The position numbers and the translations under genes are program-made. A stretch of DNA of 43,826 nucleotides from an uncultured Hyphomonadaceae bacterium (GTDB lineage Bacteria; Pseudomonadota; Alphaproteobacteria; Caulobacterales; Hyphomonadaceae), in the NCBI GenBank assembly GCA_964442925.1, contig CAYUEM010000001.1, positions 1-43,826 of the forward strand, in the 5' to 3' direction. Each line of letters opens with the position of its first letter. Positions within the stretch are counted from its first letter, which is position 1. Below, piece after piece: positions 19,601-26,048 of this stretch. Under the pieces are notes generated by a model. That model was given only the letters and a program-made list of their open reading frames with translations. It was not told where the DNA came from and did not search any database.

Positions 19601-19689
19601 CGGGCGCTTTCGCGATGGAGAACAATTCCGCCGCGTGGATTGATGCGGCGATGCTGCAGGTGATATCAGACTGGAGGAATGTGGCATGA
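16636..19689 (+). CDS. TPR-like helical domain + two trypsin-fold serine protease domains (gene C)
   Basis: ATGA overlap with gene B and GGAGG at 16624-16628. The N-terminal ~350 aa are all-helical (DVWTLATCGEAYLVLGLMEDAALCYGAYAG is TPR/DUF4071-like). Protease 1 has SNHHVV (His), MDTAVLV (Asp) and GSSGSPVF (Ser, about 18400-18423). Protease 2 has LTAGHCI (about 19090), FDVGAIHL and AGQSGAPVY (about 19507-19533), V8/Glu-endopeptidase-like. Confidence 0.8.
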   Translation: MSFDTTLNPAEERAEFEAARAALMGLGREEARIDAIEAVARLVGEADDLGAEGSAELLSVAQTLQDRRAFGLMLVLCLLARQAGLATPKLRQKEVQALIELGRLEEAVREARALAELTRSAQPDDPAETANWALWRTAQGNIGRAYKQAYVNAALAMAAGEGGDRQPDPQDLKAAVETYRAVWERHQGPGTTYHCVNAATLIIRAVRDRATGREGDFSWALEEDARRLAGDILRTHEKELRAALAPGPQAGGDVWTLATCGEAYLVLGLMEDAALCYGAYAGLKDADAFEIGSSLRQLEQVWLFDGKRDDAGGRIVRLLKGALLNLEPRGAGRAALDIQRESVVLSPQEAGLMRADLEGRETIGEGPPRDGYEAYFQKRGAARAAGGMVDLARILSAAARAQSVCAIETLQDGRWQRIGTGFAVRGDVLHDDWGDLDLIMSNHHVVAQSDGALSSSYRRCRANFVEYDPVLQAEHEHPVYFDDILWRSGERAMDTAVLVPRGKLPDVARIITRDETSNYLPKRPVDGVDGTEMHVVILGFPGGGDMQLSYGDEMLLDHNACEPGALPDPQRTLNGQPVRLHYRTPSRPGSSGSPVFMAGSWELVGIHHRGQRDCPRLPPKQSTYEANEGIWLPSIRAAIRRASLKLGSADTPDSGEPLPASGHAPQGELFGAAAAAYRTLRNAIPDASALPRPRASEHGGQVSAGSAPVIGRPIGTARQAAGGVPRGGLDIPGHTVFLAQYDNGDVADRYLKPGHFRGEMEQFRARTQGFETVIGDDNRTQIHDTGADPFRMICALVVHWPHMPPTSGTGFLVGQRTVLTAGHCILPGPGFPDPAAIEVRPGRSGTREPFADTLGALAAERISLHTQWSARFDPRFDVGAIHLDKPAGETVGWFRVGVRDPQLLTRHWAHVTGYPGDKITQGAGEAGGALYAAEQWHHATPIAQVHDGRVYYPADTFAGQSGAPVYILDQADGLATVIGVHAYGVGPNAGAFAMENNSAAWIDAAMLQVISDWRNVA

Positions 19690-20045
19690 AGAAGAGCCCT
19701 GAAGCGGAACATCTGACGGCGATCGCACGCACTGTGCATGAGGCCGTTCGGGCATGGTCGGCCGCAAACGGCCAGAAGCCGATCCCACACTGGAACCGCG
19801 CACCGGCGTGGATGCGCGCATCGACCCGTGAAAGCGTCCAATTCACAATCAACAACCCCGAAGCCCCTGACAGCGCGCAGCACGACCAGTGGATGGAGCA
19901 AAAGCTGCGTGACGGCTGGGTCCATGGCAAGGTCAAGGATGCTGGCAAGAAGACCCATCCGATGCTGGTGCCTTATGAACAGTTGCCGGACATGGAAAAG
20001 CGCAAGGACGCTCTTTTTCGCGCCATCGTGCAGGCACTGGTGTGA
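19686..20045 (+). CDS. Standalone RyR-domain protein (gene D)
   Basis: ATGA overlap with gene C and GGAGG at 19673-19677. IARTVHEAVRAWSAANG...WMEQKLRDGWVHGKVKDAGKKTHPMLVPYEQLPDMEKRKD matches the RyR domain signature (GW.yG...d...K.HP.LVPY.eLp..eK.kD). Confidence 0.8.
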   Translation: MKKSPEAEHLTAIARTVHEAVRAWSAANGQKPIPHWNRAPAWMRASTRESVQFTINNPEAPDSAQHDQWMEQKLRDGWVHGKVKDAGKKTHPMLVPYEQLPDMEKRKDALFRAIVQALV

Positions 20046-20130
20046 ACCGAGCCGGGCCTGAGCGCAACGAAGGAGAGGCTTTACCCGTCCCCGTGGCGCC
20101 CTAAGTCTTTTCCGGAAAAGGAGAGCAGGA

Positions 20131-20841
20131 ATGCGGGCGATTGTGTTTGGCGTCGGCGGCGGTATTGGGCGGGCTCTTGCCGCTGAACTGGTCGTGCGCG
20201 GCACCGAAAAGGTGATTGGGGTCTCGCGCAAGCCGCCAGAAAACCTTGGCGATGTGGAATGGGTGCGCGCCGACATCACCGATGAAGAGTCTCTCGCCAG
20301 CCTTGCCGCACAGTTGAAAACCCGCCAGCCGATAGACTTGGTGATCATTGCGACGGGCATCCTGTCTGATGGTGACAGCCTGCAGCCGGAAAAATCCTAC
20401 CGTCAGCAGGACACGGCCAATTTCGAGCGAGTGTTCCGTATCAACACGTTTGGACCGGCGATGGTGGCCAAACACTTCCTGCCGCTGATGCCGGCGAAAG
20501 GCCGCGCCGTGTTCGCCGCGCTGTCGGCGCGCGTCGGCTCGATATCCGACAATCGGATTGGCGGCTGGCATGCCTATCGCGCCTCGAAAGCAGCTTTGAA
20601 CATGCTGATCGCCAATTATGCGATTGAACAGGGTCGCCGCAACGCGGCATTCATCGCCGTCGGCCTGCATCCCGGCACAGTGGACACAGCCCTGTCACAG
20701 CCGTTTCAGGCAAATGTGCCAGAAGGAAAACTGTTCACCCCGGAATATTCCGCCGCATGCCTGCTTGATGTGATCGAGGGCCTTGGCCCCGATAATAGCG
20801 GTCGCGTTCTCGACTATGCCGGAAAGCTGGTCCCGGCCTGA
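20131..20841 (+). CDS. SDR family oxidoreductase (CsgA/C-factor-like short-chain dehydrogenase)
   Basis: N-terminal GVGGGIGRALA nucleotide-binding loop and catalytic YRASKAALN motif. Own AAGGAGA RBS upstream. Confidence 0.8.
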   Translation: MRAIVFGVGGGIGRALAAELVVRGTEKVIGVSRKPPENLGDVEWVRADITDEESLASLAAQLKTRQPIDLVIIATGILSDGDSLQPEKSYRQQDTANFERVFRINTFGPAMVAKHFLPLMPAKGRAVFAALSARVGSISDNRIGGWHAYRASKAALNMLIANYAIEQGRRNAAFIAVGLHPGTVDTALSQPFQANVPEGKLFTPEYSAACLLDVIEGLGPDNSGRVLDYAGKLVPA

Positions 20842-20909
20842 ATTGATATCCGGATGTGCCTTCGCGCTGGCCCTTGCGCCGGCGGGCATGAGCGGACAAA
20901 CACTGTGCC

Positions 20910-21707
20910 ATGACGATGACACGGACCTATCGCGGCGCTGAACCCATTCGCGTGAACAAGTGGCTGGCCCAGGAGGGCGTGTGCTCGCGGCGCGAAGCCG
21001 AAGCGCTGATCGCAGACGGGCTGGTTTCGGTCGCCGGTGAGACGATCAACTCGCCTGGCCACAAGATCGCGCCCGGTGAGACGCTGACCCTGCTGGAACG
21101 GGCCGAGCGCAAGCTGGCCACCCAGCTCTCGGTCGTCATCAACAAACCGGTCAACTATGTCTCCGGTACCCCGGAAGGCGACCAGGTGCCAGCGGTTCGC
21201 CTGCTGACGCGCAAGGCGCTGTTCGGTGAAGCCAGCGTGATGCCGTCGCGCCGCCACAGGCTGGCGCCGGTCGGGCGGCTGGATCAGGACAGCCGCGGCC
21301 TGCTGATCCTGTCGGAGGACGGCGTGGTTGCGCGCGCTGTGATCGGACCGGACTCGCCAATGAGCAAGGGGTATGAAGTCCGCGTGCGCGGCGAGGTCAG
21401 CGAGGATGTACTGGCGCGGCTGCGACATGGGCTCAGCCTCGACGGGCGGCGGCTGAAAAAGGCCGAAGTCAGCCTTGAGGCACCCGCGCGCCTGCGATTT
21501 GTCCTGCGTGAGGGCCGTAATCGTCAGATCCGGCGAATGTGCGATCTTGTCGGGTTGCGCGTGACCGATCTGCGCCGCGTGGCAGTTGGTCCGCTGCAAC
21601 TTGGTGATCTGCCCGAGGGCCGCTGGCGGGTCCTGTCTGCCGATGAACGCGCCGCCCTGATCGCAGCCGGCCAGCCGCGAAGCCCTGCGGCAGGCAAGGG
21701 GCCCTGA
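20910..21707 (+). CDS. RsuA/RluF-family pseudouridine synthase
   Basis: S4 domain (IRVNKWLAQEGVCSRREAEALIADGLVSV) and catalytic GRLDQDSRGLLILSEDG motif; EGRNRQIRRM near the C-terminus. Confidence 0.85.
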   Translation: MTMTRTYRGAEPIRVNKWLAQEGVCSRREAEALIADGLVSVAGETINSPGHKIAPGETLTLLERAERKLATQLSVVINKPVNYVSGTPEGDQVPAVRLLTRKALFGEASVMPSRRHRLAPVGRLDQDSRGLLILSEDGVVARAVIGPDSPMSKGYEVRVRGEVSEDVLARLRHGLSLDGRRLKKAEVSLEAPARLRFVLREGRNRQIRRMCDLVGLRVTDLRRVAVGPLQLGDLPEGRWRVLSADERAALIAAGQPRSPAAGKGP

Positions 21708-21757
21708 ACCTGGTGCCTGTTCACGACCCACTTTGTGGTGATCCGTCTGGTCTACTG

Positions 21758-21788
21758 AAGCCCTTCTTCTTCAATCGCGATCATTTGG
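21758..21788. repeat. Left copy of a 31-bp perfect inverted repeat
   Basis: AAGCCCTTCTTCTTCAATCGCGATCATTTGG at 21758-21788 is the exact reverse complement of 22046-22076. Confidence 0.9.
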
Positions 21789-22045
21789 TGATGTGGATCG
21801 TTCGTGCTGGCGAGGCGCATACCACAGCCAAGATGCTGGCATCCTGCGAGGATTGCAACGACGTCCAGCGCGGACGAGACGCATCAAGCGTCGGTCGGAA
21901 CAAAGCGTTGAATTGATTTGGGTCTATCATGCCTCACACCTTTCGGGCCACTGGTCTTTTCCGCCAGTCTCGCGTCGCGCAAAGACCCGACGATGCCCGC
22001 ATCGCCGGGCTTCACGCTCCTAATCCTGACGAAAAACTCCAGCGG

Positions 22046-22076
22046 CCAAATGATCGCGATTGAAGAAGAAGGGCTT
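22046..22076. repeat. Right copy of a 31-bp perfect inverted repeat
   Basis: CCAAATGATCGCGATTGAAGAAGAAGGGCTT at 22046-22076 is the reverse complement of 21758-21788. Confidence 0.9.
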
Positions 22077-22088
22077 TAAGCCCTTCTT
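22064..22088 (-). terminator. Perfect 12-bp-arm hairpin downstream of the acyltransferase gene (possible terminator)
   Basis: GAAGAAGGGCTT-T-AAGCCCTTCTTC at 22064-22088, 36 nt beyond the minus-strand stop at 22124. On the minus strand the stem is followed by a TTC-rich rather than pure-T tract. Confidence 0.4.
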
Positions 22089-22123
22089 CGAGACGCAGGC
22101 GCCCATTGGCCCGCTCCTCAGGA

Positions 22124-22741
22124 TCAGGGACGGTGAGACGTTGCCGCGCGCTGCTTCTTGCCCTTCGCGCCGTCATAATGGGCGATGATCCGCGCGAAAT
22201 CAGCGTCATAATCGGCACCGGGCTCGAACATGTCGGCGATACAGATGGTCCTGTTGCCATAATCGAGCACGCTGACGATCAGCGCCACATTGGCAGCGCG
22301 CGCGATGCGGTGATAACCGGTCTTCCAGCCGGCCACTTTGGCGCGCGTGCCTTCCGGTGCGATGGCAAGGATCATCTTGTCAGTTGCATTGAAAGCCGCC
22401 GTGGTCTGGTCAACAAGCTCGCTGGCATTGTCGCGATCGACAGGCACGCAGCCGAGCCGGCGGACAATGTCGCCAAAAGGGCCGCTGACCAGCGAAGCCT
22501 TGCCCATCCAGCGCAGTTTGACGCGGTAATATCCCGCTGCAGCCAGCATATTGATCCCGTCCCAATTGGACGTGTGCGGCGCAGCGATCAGGACGGCCTT
22601 GTCGATGCGCGGGAAATCTCCGCGGATCTTCCAGCCCGCCGCACGCAGATAGGCACCGCAGACCAGCCGGATCAGTTCCGAACCCATTCCGCGATAGGCT
22701 GTCGGTCGGGCAGTCGGCTCTGCATGCGTCGGTTTGATCAT
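22124..22741 (-). CDS. Lysophospholipid (1-acyl-sn-glycerol-3-phosphate) acyltransferase family protein
   Basis: HX4D acyltransferase motif (PHTSNWD) and APEGTR motif. Confidence 0.8.
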   Translation of the reverse strand: MIKPTHAEPTARPTAYRGMGSELIRLVCGAYLRAAGWKIRGDFPRIDKAVLIAAPHTSNWDGINMLAAAGYYRVKLRWMGKASLVSGPFGDIVRRLGCVPVDRDNASELVDQTTAAFNATDKMILAIAPEGTRAKVAGWKTGYHRIARAANVALIVSVLDYGNRTICIADMFEPGADYDADFARIIAHYDGAKGKKQRAATSHRP

Positions 22742-22824
22742 CGCGCGAGACTGAACTGCAAAGCGGGCATTGGCCAGCGCTTTGATGCAGCATTGCTGTC
22801 GGGCAGGGGCGATCGCAAACGCGA

Positions 22825-23667
22825 TCAGGCCGCCGCGTTCTGTTTGCCTGGGCGAGCGGCTTCATAGGCTCCGCGCAGACGTCGGGACGGTTGCAGGCTG
22901 CTGTCGGGCGCACTGACAATGTGTTCTTTCTCTCCAAGCAGGACAATGCCGCCGGGAAGAAGCTGGCGTGCGAGCCGCGCGCAGGTCTGCTCGCGGATCG
23001 AAGCGCTCATGGCGCAAAGCACATTGCGACACAGGATAGCATCGAACTGGCCGAGCATGGCTTCGTCATCAATCAGGTTTTGGTGGCGAAACCCGATACG
23101 CTCGCGCAACTCCTCACTGACCTGCCAGTGGCCGGTGTCGAGGCGCTCGAAATTGTCCATCAGGCGGTGAACCGAAAGGCCGTTCTGCACTTCGAAATGG
23201 CCATAAAGCCCGGCGCGCGCCTGGTCGAGCGATTTGCGACAGATATCGGTCGCGGTGATCTCGATCCGCGCGCCTTTCAGGCCGCGTCTGTCGGCCTCTT
23301 TCAGCAAGATCGCCAGCGAATAGGCTTCCTGACCGGTCGAAACGCCCGCGCACCAGATACGCAGCCGACCGGCTTTTGAGTGTTTCAGCCGCTCGGTGAG
23401 GCCCTGATGCACCAGCCGGAGCAGCCGGTCGCGGTCACGGAAGAACCAGGTTTCGCGGGTTTGAAGGCTCGCGGCAACCTCTGCTTCCAGACGCGAATTG
23501 GGCCGCGCCTTCAGGCACGCCGCCAACTCGTCACAGCCGGGAAAGCCCTCGCGACGAAGTATCGGTGCCAGTCTTGCTTCGACCAGATAGGATTTCGAGA
23601 CTGGAATCGACTGACCCGTGCTTCTCAGCGCAAGATCTGCCAGTTCATTAAAGGTCGCGTCCTGCAT
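22825..23667 (-). CDS. cheR: Chemotaxis protein methyltransferase CheR
   Basis: CheR N-terminal helical domain (SKSYLVEARLAPILRREG) and SAM-binding domain (RIWCAGVSTGQEAYSLAILL; FDAILCRNVL). Confidence 0.88.
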   Translation of the reverse strand: MQDATFNELADLALRSTGQSIPVSKSYLVEARLAPILRREGFPGCDELAACLKARPNSRLEAEVAASLQTRETWFFRDRDRLLRLVHQGLTERLKHSKAGRLRIWCAGVSTGQEAYSLAILLKEADRRGLKGARIEITATDICRKSLDQARAGLYGHFEVQNGLSVHRLMDNFERLDTGHWQVSEELRERIGFRHQNLIDDEAMLGQFDAILCRNVLCAMSASIREQTCARLARQLLPGGIVLLGEKEHIVSAPDSSLQPSRRLRGAYEAARPGKQNAAA

Positions 23668-23731
23668 GCCCGCTCCAGCGCTTTATGCGAGGTGTTCGGG
23701 TAATATTTGCGCAGGCAGTCTTAACACTTCG

Positions 23732-24097
23732 TCAAATCAGGCCGACCTCGGCGAATTTGCTGCGGATGATTGTGGAATCGAAGGGTTTCATCACGAACTC
23801 ATCAGCGCCGGAGCGAACCGCCTCGCCGATATGGTCAGCATCATTCTCGGTCGAGCAGAACACCACTTTCGGTGCCCGCCCGCCTTGTTCGCGGCGAAGG
23901 GCGCGCAGGAAATCAAGTCCGTTCATCACAGGCATGGTCCAGTCAAGCAGAATCGCATCGGGCATTTTCTCGCGGCAACTCTGCAGCGCCTGCATGCCGT
24001 CGCCTGCTTCGACCACTTCGAATTCCATATCCCTGATGATGCGACTTGCGACCGCTCGAACGATTCGCGAATCGTCCACCACAAGACATGTTCTCAT
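23732..24097 (-). CDS. CheY-like single-domain response regulator
   Basis: Receiver domain with acidic pocket (VVDDS), phospho-acceptor Asp (ILLDWTMP) and conserved Lys (VMKPF). 121 aa, immediately upstream of cheR. Confidence 0.85.
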   Translation of the reverse strand: MRTCLVVDDSRIVRAVASRIIRDMEFEVVEAGDGMQALQSCREKMPDAILLDWTMPVMNGLDFLRALRREQGGRAPKVVFCSTENDADHIGEAVRSGADEFVMKPFDSTIIRSKFAEVGLI

Positions 24098-24165
24098 CGG
24101 CTTCGGCCTCCGACCTGATTTCCACTTTCAAGCGAAAGGCTAGGCGAGGAGCGTTAAGAAAGCGC

Positions 24166-24609
24166 TTATGCGCAGTCGCCGATACGCACGCCGCTCAACG
24201 TGCCGGAAAGATCCATATTCATGCCCTGGCCTGAACCGCTCATGGTGAATGCGCCGCTGGTCTGGGTCCCTTCGGAATTCCTCTCGATTTCCATACGCCC
24301 CTGCAGGGCAACGCCGTTCTGATCGCAGGCCATGTCAAAGCTGAGCGCGGTGCCGGTCTCTGCAACATTGGAGATCGCGCAGCCATCCTCGGCGACATCT
24401 TCCGGTGTCATCGTAGCGTTCTCCTCGGTGACACAGCGCTGCGAGGATTCCGACTGGCCCGGAATGGGAATGCGCGAACCGCCCATGCTCAAGGTTCCGG
24501 TGACAGCGGTCTTGTATTCCCATTGACCCGGCGCAATCGAAATAGACTGCGCGAGCGCTCCGCCGGTTGCAACTGCAAGGGCCGCGACGGAAAGAAAGAA
24601 AACGCGCAT
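24166..24609 (-). CDS. DUF3617-like secreted/periplasmic protein
   Basis: Signal peptide (MRVFFLSVAALAVATGGALA), a PGQWEY motif, conserved Cys pattern and C-terminal RIGDCA typical of DUF3617. Confidence 0.6.
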   Translation of the reverse strand: MRVFFLSVAALAVATGGALAQSISIAPGQWEYKTAVTGTLSMGGSRIPIPGQSESSQRCVTEENATMTPEDVAEDGCAISNVAETGTALSFDMACDQNGVALQGRMEIERNSEGTQTSGAFTMSGSGQGMNMDLSGTLSGVRIGDCA

Positions 24610-24707
24610 GGGAGGGTCCCTTCCTCAACTAGGTTTGTTGCAGCCTACGCCACGCCGGGGCGCGCGGCGAGACCGAAACTCAGTTCCAGGGCACGCAGGC
24701 CTTGCGA

Positions 24708-25994
24708 TCAGTAGCGGTCTGGGGCGCGGAAAACCACCTCGTCCAGCTCACCTTCCCACTTCGCCACCGCTGTGGCCACGGCGGCATCACCTGAGACATT
24801 GGTCAGCGTGCGCATCATGTCGAGCAGGCGGTCAAATGGCAGGATGAAGCCGATGATCAGAAAAGCCTGCTCCTCAGGAATGCCGACCTGGCTGAGCGCA
24901 AGCCCTGAAAGGAACAGGCCGGCACTGGGGATCCCCGCCGCTCCGATCGAGACCAGCGTCGCCATCAGCGCGATCAGCACATATTGTCCGAGACTGACAT
25001 CAATGCCCATCGCCTGCGCACCGAACAGGGCGACCATGCCGATATAGATCGCCGTGCCGTCCATGTTGATGGTTGCGCCCAGCGGCAGGACCGAGCCGGC
25101 AATCGCCTTGTCGATACCGAGATTCTCCTCCGCGCAGGTGATCGTCACCGGCAGCGTTGCCGACGAACTGGCGGTCGAATAGGCCACCGCCTGCGCATCG
25201 GTGATGCCGCGAAAAAACGGTATGAGCGGCAGGCGCAGCATTCCCTTCATGATCAGCCCGCCATAGGTCACGACAATATGGATGATGCAGGCCAGATACA
25301 GCGCCAGCGCCAGCGTGCCGAGGCTTTGCAACACGCCGAGCCCCTTGGTCGCCATTGTTGTCGTCATCAGCGCAAACACGCCAAGCGGTGCCGTTTCCAT
25401 AACGATCATGGTCACTTTCATCATCGCCTCGGACGCCCCATCCATGACCTTGGCGACCGGGCGGGCGATCTCGCCAGCGATCAGGATGCCGACACCGAAC
25501 ATGATCGCGAAAAAGATGATCGGCAGGACATCACCTTCGGCCAGCGCCTGAACCGGATTGGTCGGCACGATGGCCAGCATCCGCTCTTTCAGGCCGGGAA
25601 CATCCTGCGGACCAACCGCCGGCGTTGCACCGACAAAGGATTCCGGTGTGAGGCTTGCACCCGGTTGCCACAGGGTCGCCATTGCAAGACCGATGGTCAC
25701 GGCAACCGCAGTGGTGAGGAAATACAGCGCCAGCGTGCGTACGCCAAGACTGCCCAGCCGTTTGGGGTCGCCCATCGCGATGATGCCGGACACGAGTGTG
25801 AAGAAGATCAGCGGCACGATCAGCATACGGATCAGCCGCAGGAACAGGTCGCCGATCCAGCCGATCCAGTTTTCGGCAAACGCGCCGCCGGCCTGCTCGC
25901 CCATGCCGTAGCGCAGGGCCAACCCGACGCCGATGCCGGCAAACAGGGCCGCAATCACGCGCTTCCAAAGATCAATCCTGAACCAGCTGTTCAC
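24708..25994 (-). CDS. Dicarboxylate/amino acid:cation symporter (DAACS family)
   Basis: Polytopic membrane protein with DAACS-like motifs (SSSATLPVT, LPLGATINMDGTA, DRLLDMMRTLTNVSGD). Confidence 0.85.
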   Translation of the reverse strand: MNSWFRIDLWKRVIAALFAGIGVGLALRYGMGEQAGGAFAENWIGWIGDLFLRLIRMLIVPLIFFTLVSGIIAMGDPKRLGSLGVRTLALYFLTTAVAVTIGLAMATLWQPGASLTPESFVGATPAVGPQDVPGLKERMLAIVPTNPVQALAEGDVLPIIFFAIMFGVGILIAGEIARPVAKVMDGASEAMMKVTMIVMETAPLGVFALMTTTMATKGLGVLQSLGTLALALYLACIIHIVVTYGGLIMKGMLRLPLIPFFRGITDAQAVAYSTASSSATLPVTITCAEENLGIDKAIAGSVLPLGATINMDGTAIYIGMVALFGAQAMGIDVSLGQYVLIALMATLVSIGAAGIPSAGLFLSGLALSQVGIPEEQAFLIIGFILPFDRLLDMMRTLTNVSGDAAVATAVAKWEGELDEVVFRAPDRY

Positions 25995-26048
25995 GCCCTG
26001 CCCTTTCCCATTGATTTTTGCGTGAGCCTAGCCCGCCCGCCGGTCGCG

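Noticed and set aside
12829-20045. Interpretation of the RyR/protease operon as a prophage lysis cassette or recently acquired genomic island
   Set aside because: No holin, terminase, capsid, integrase, tRNA or direct-repeat boundary is visible, and the composition matches the flanks. The GH108 module is phage-like, but the context is not a prophage.
21793-22023. 76-aa plus-strand and 57-aa minus-strand ORFs inside the inverted-repeat-bounded segment
   Set aside because: They have no recognisable family and poor RBS spacing, and the translations are Arg/Ser-rich. Treated as non-coding filler of the repeat-bounded element.
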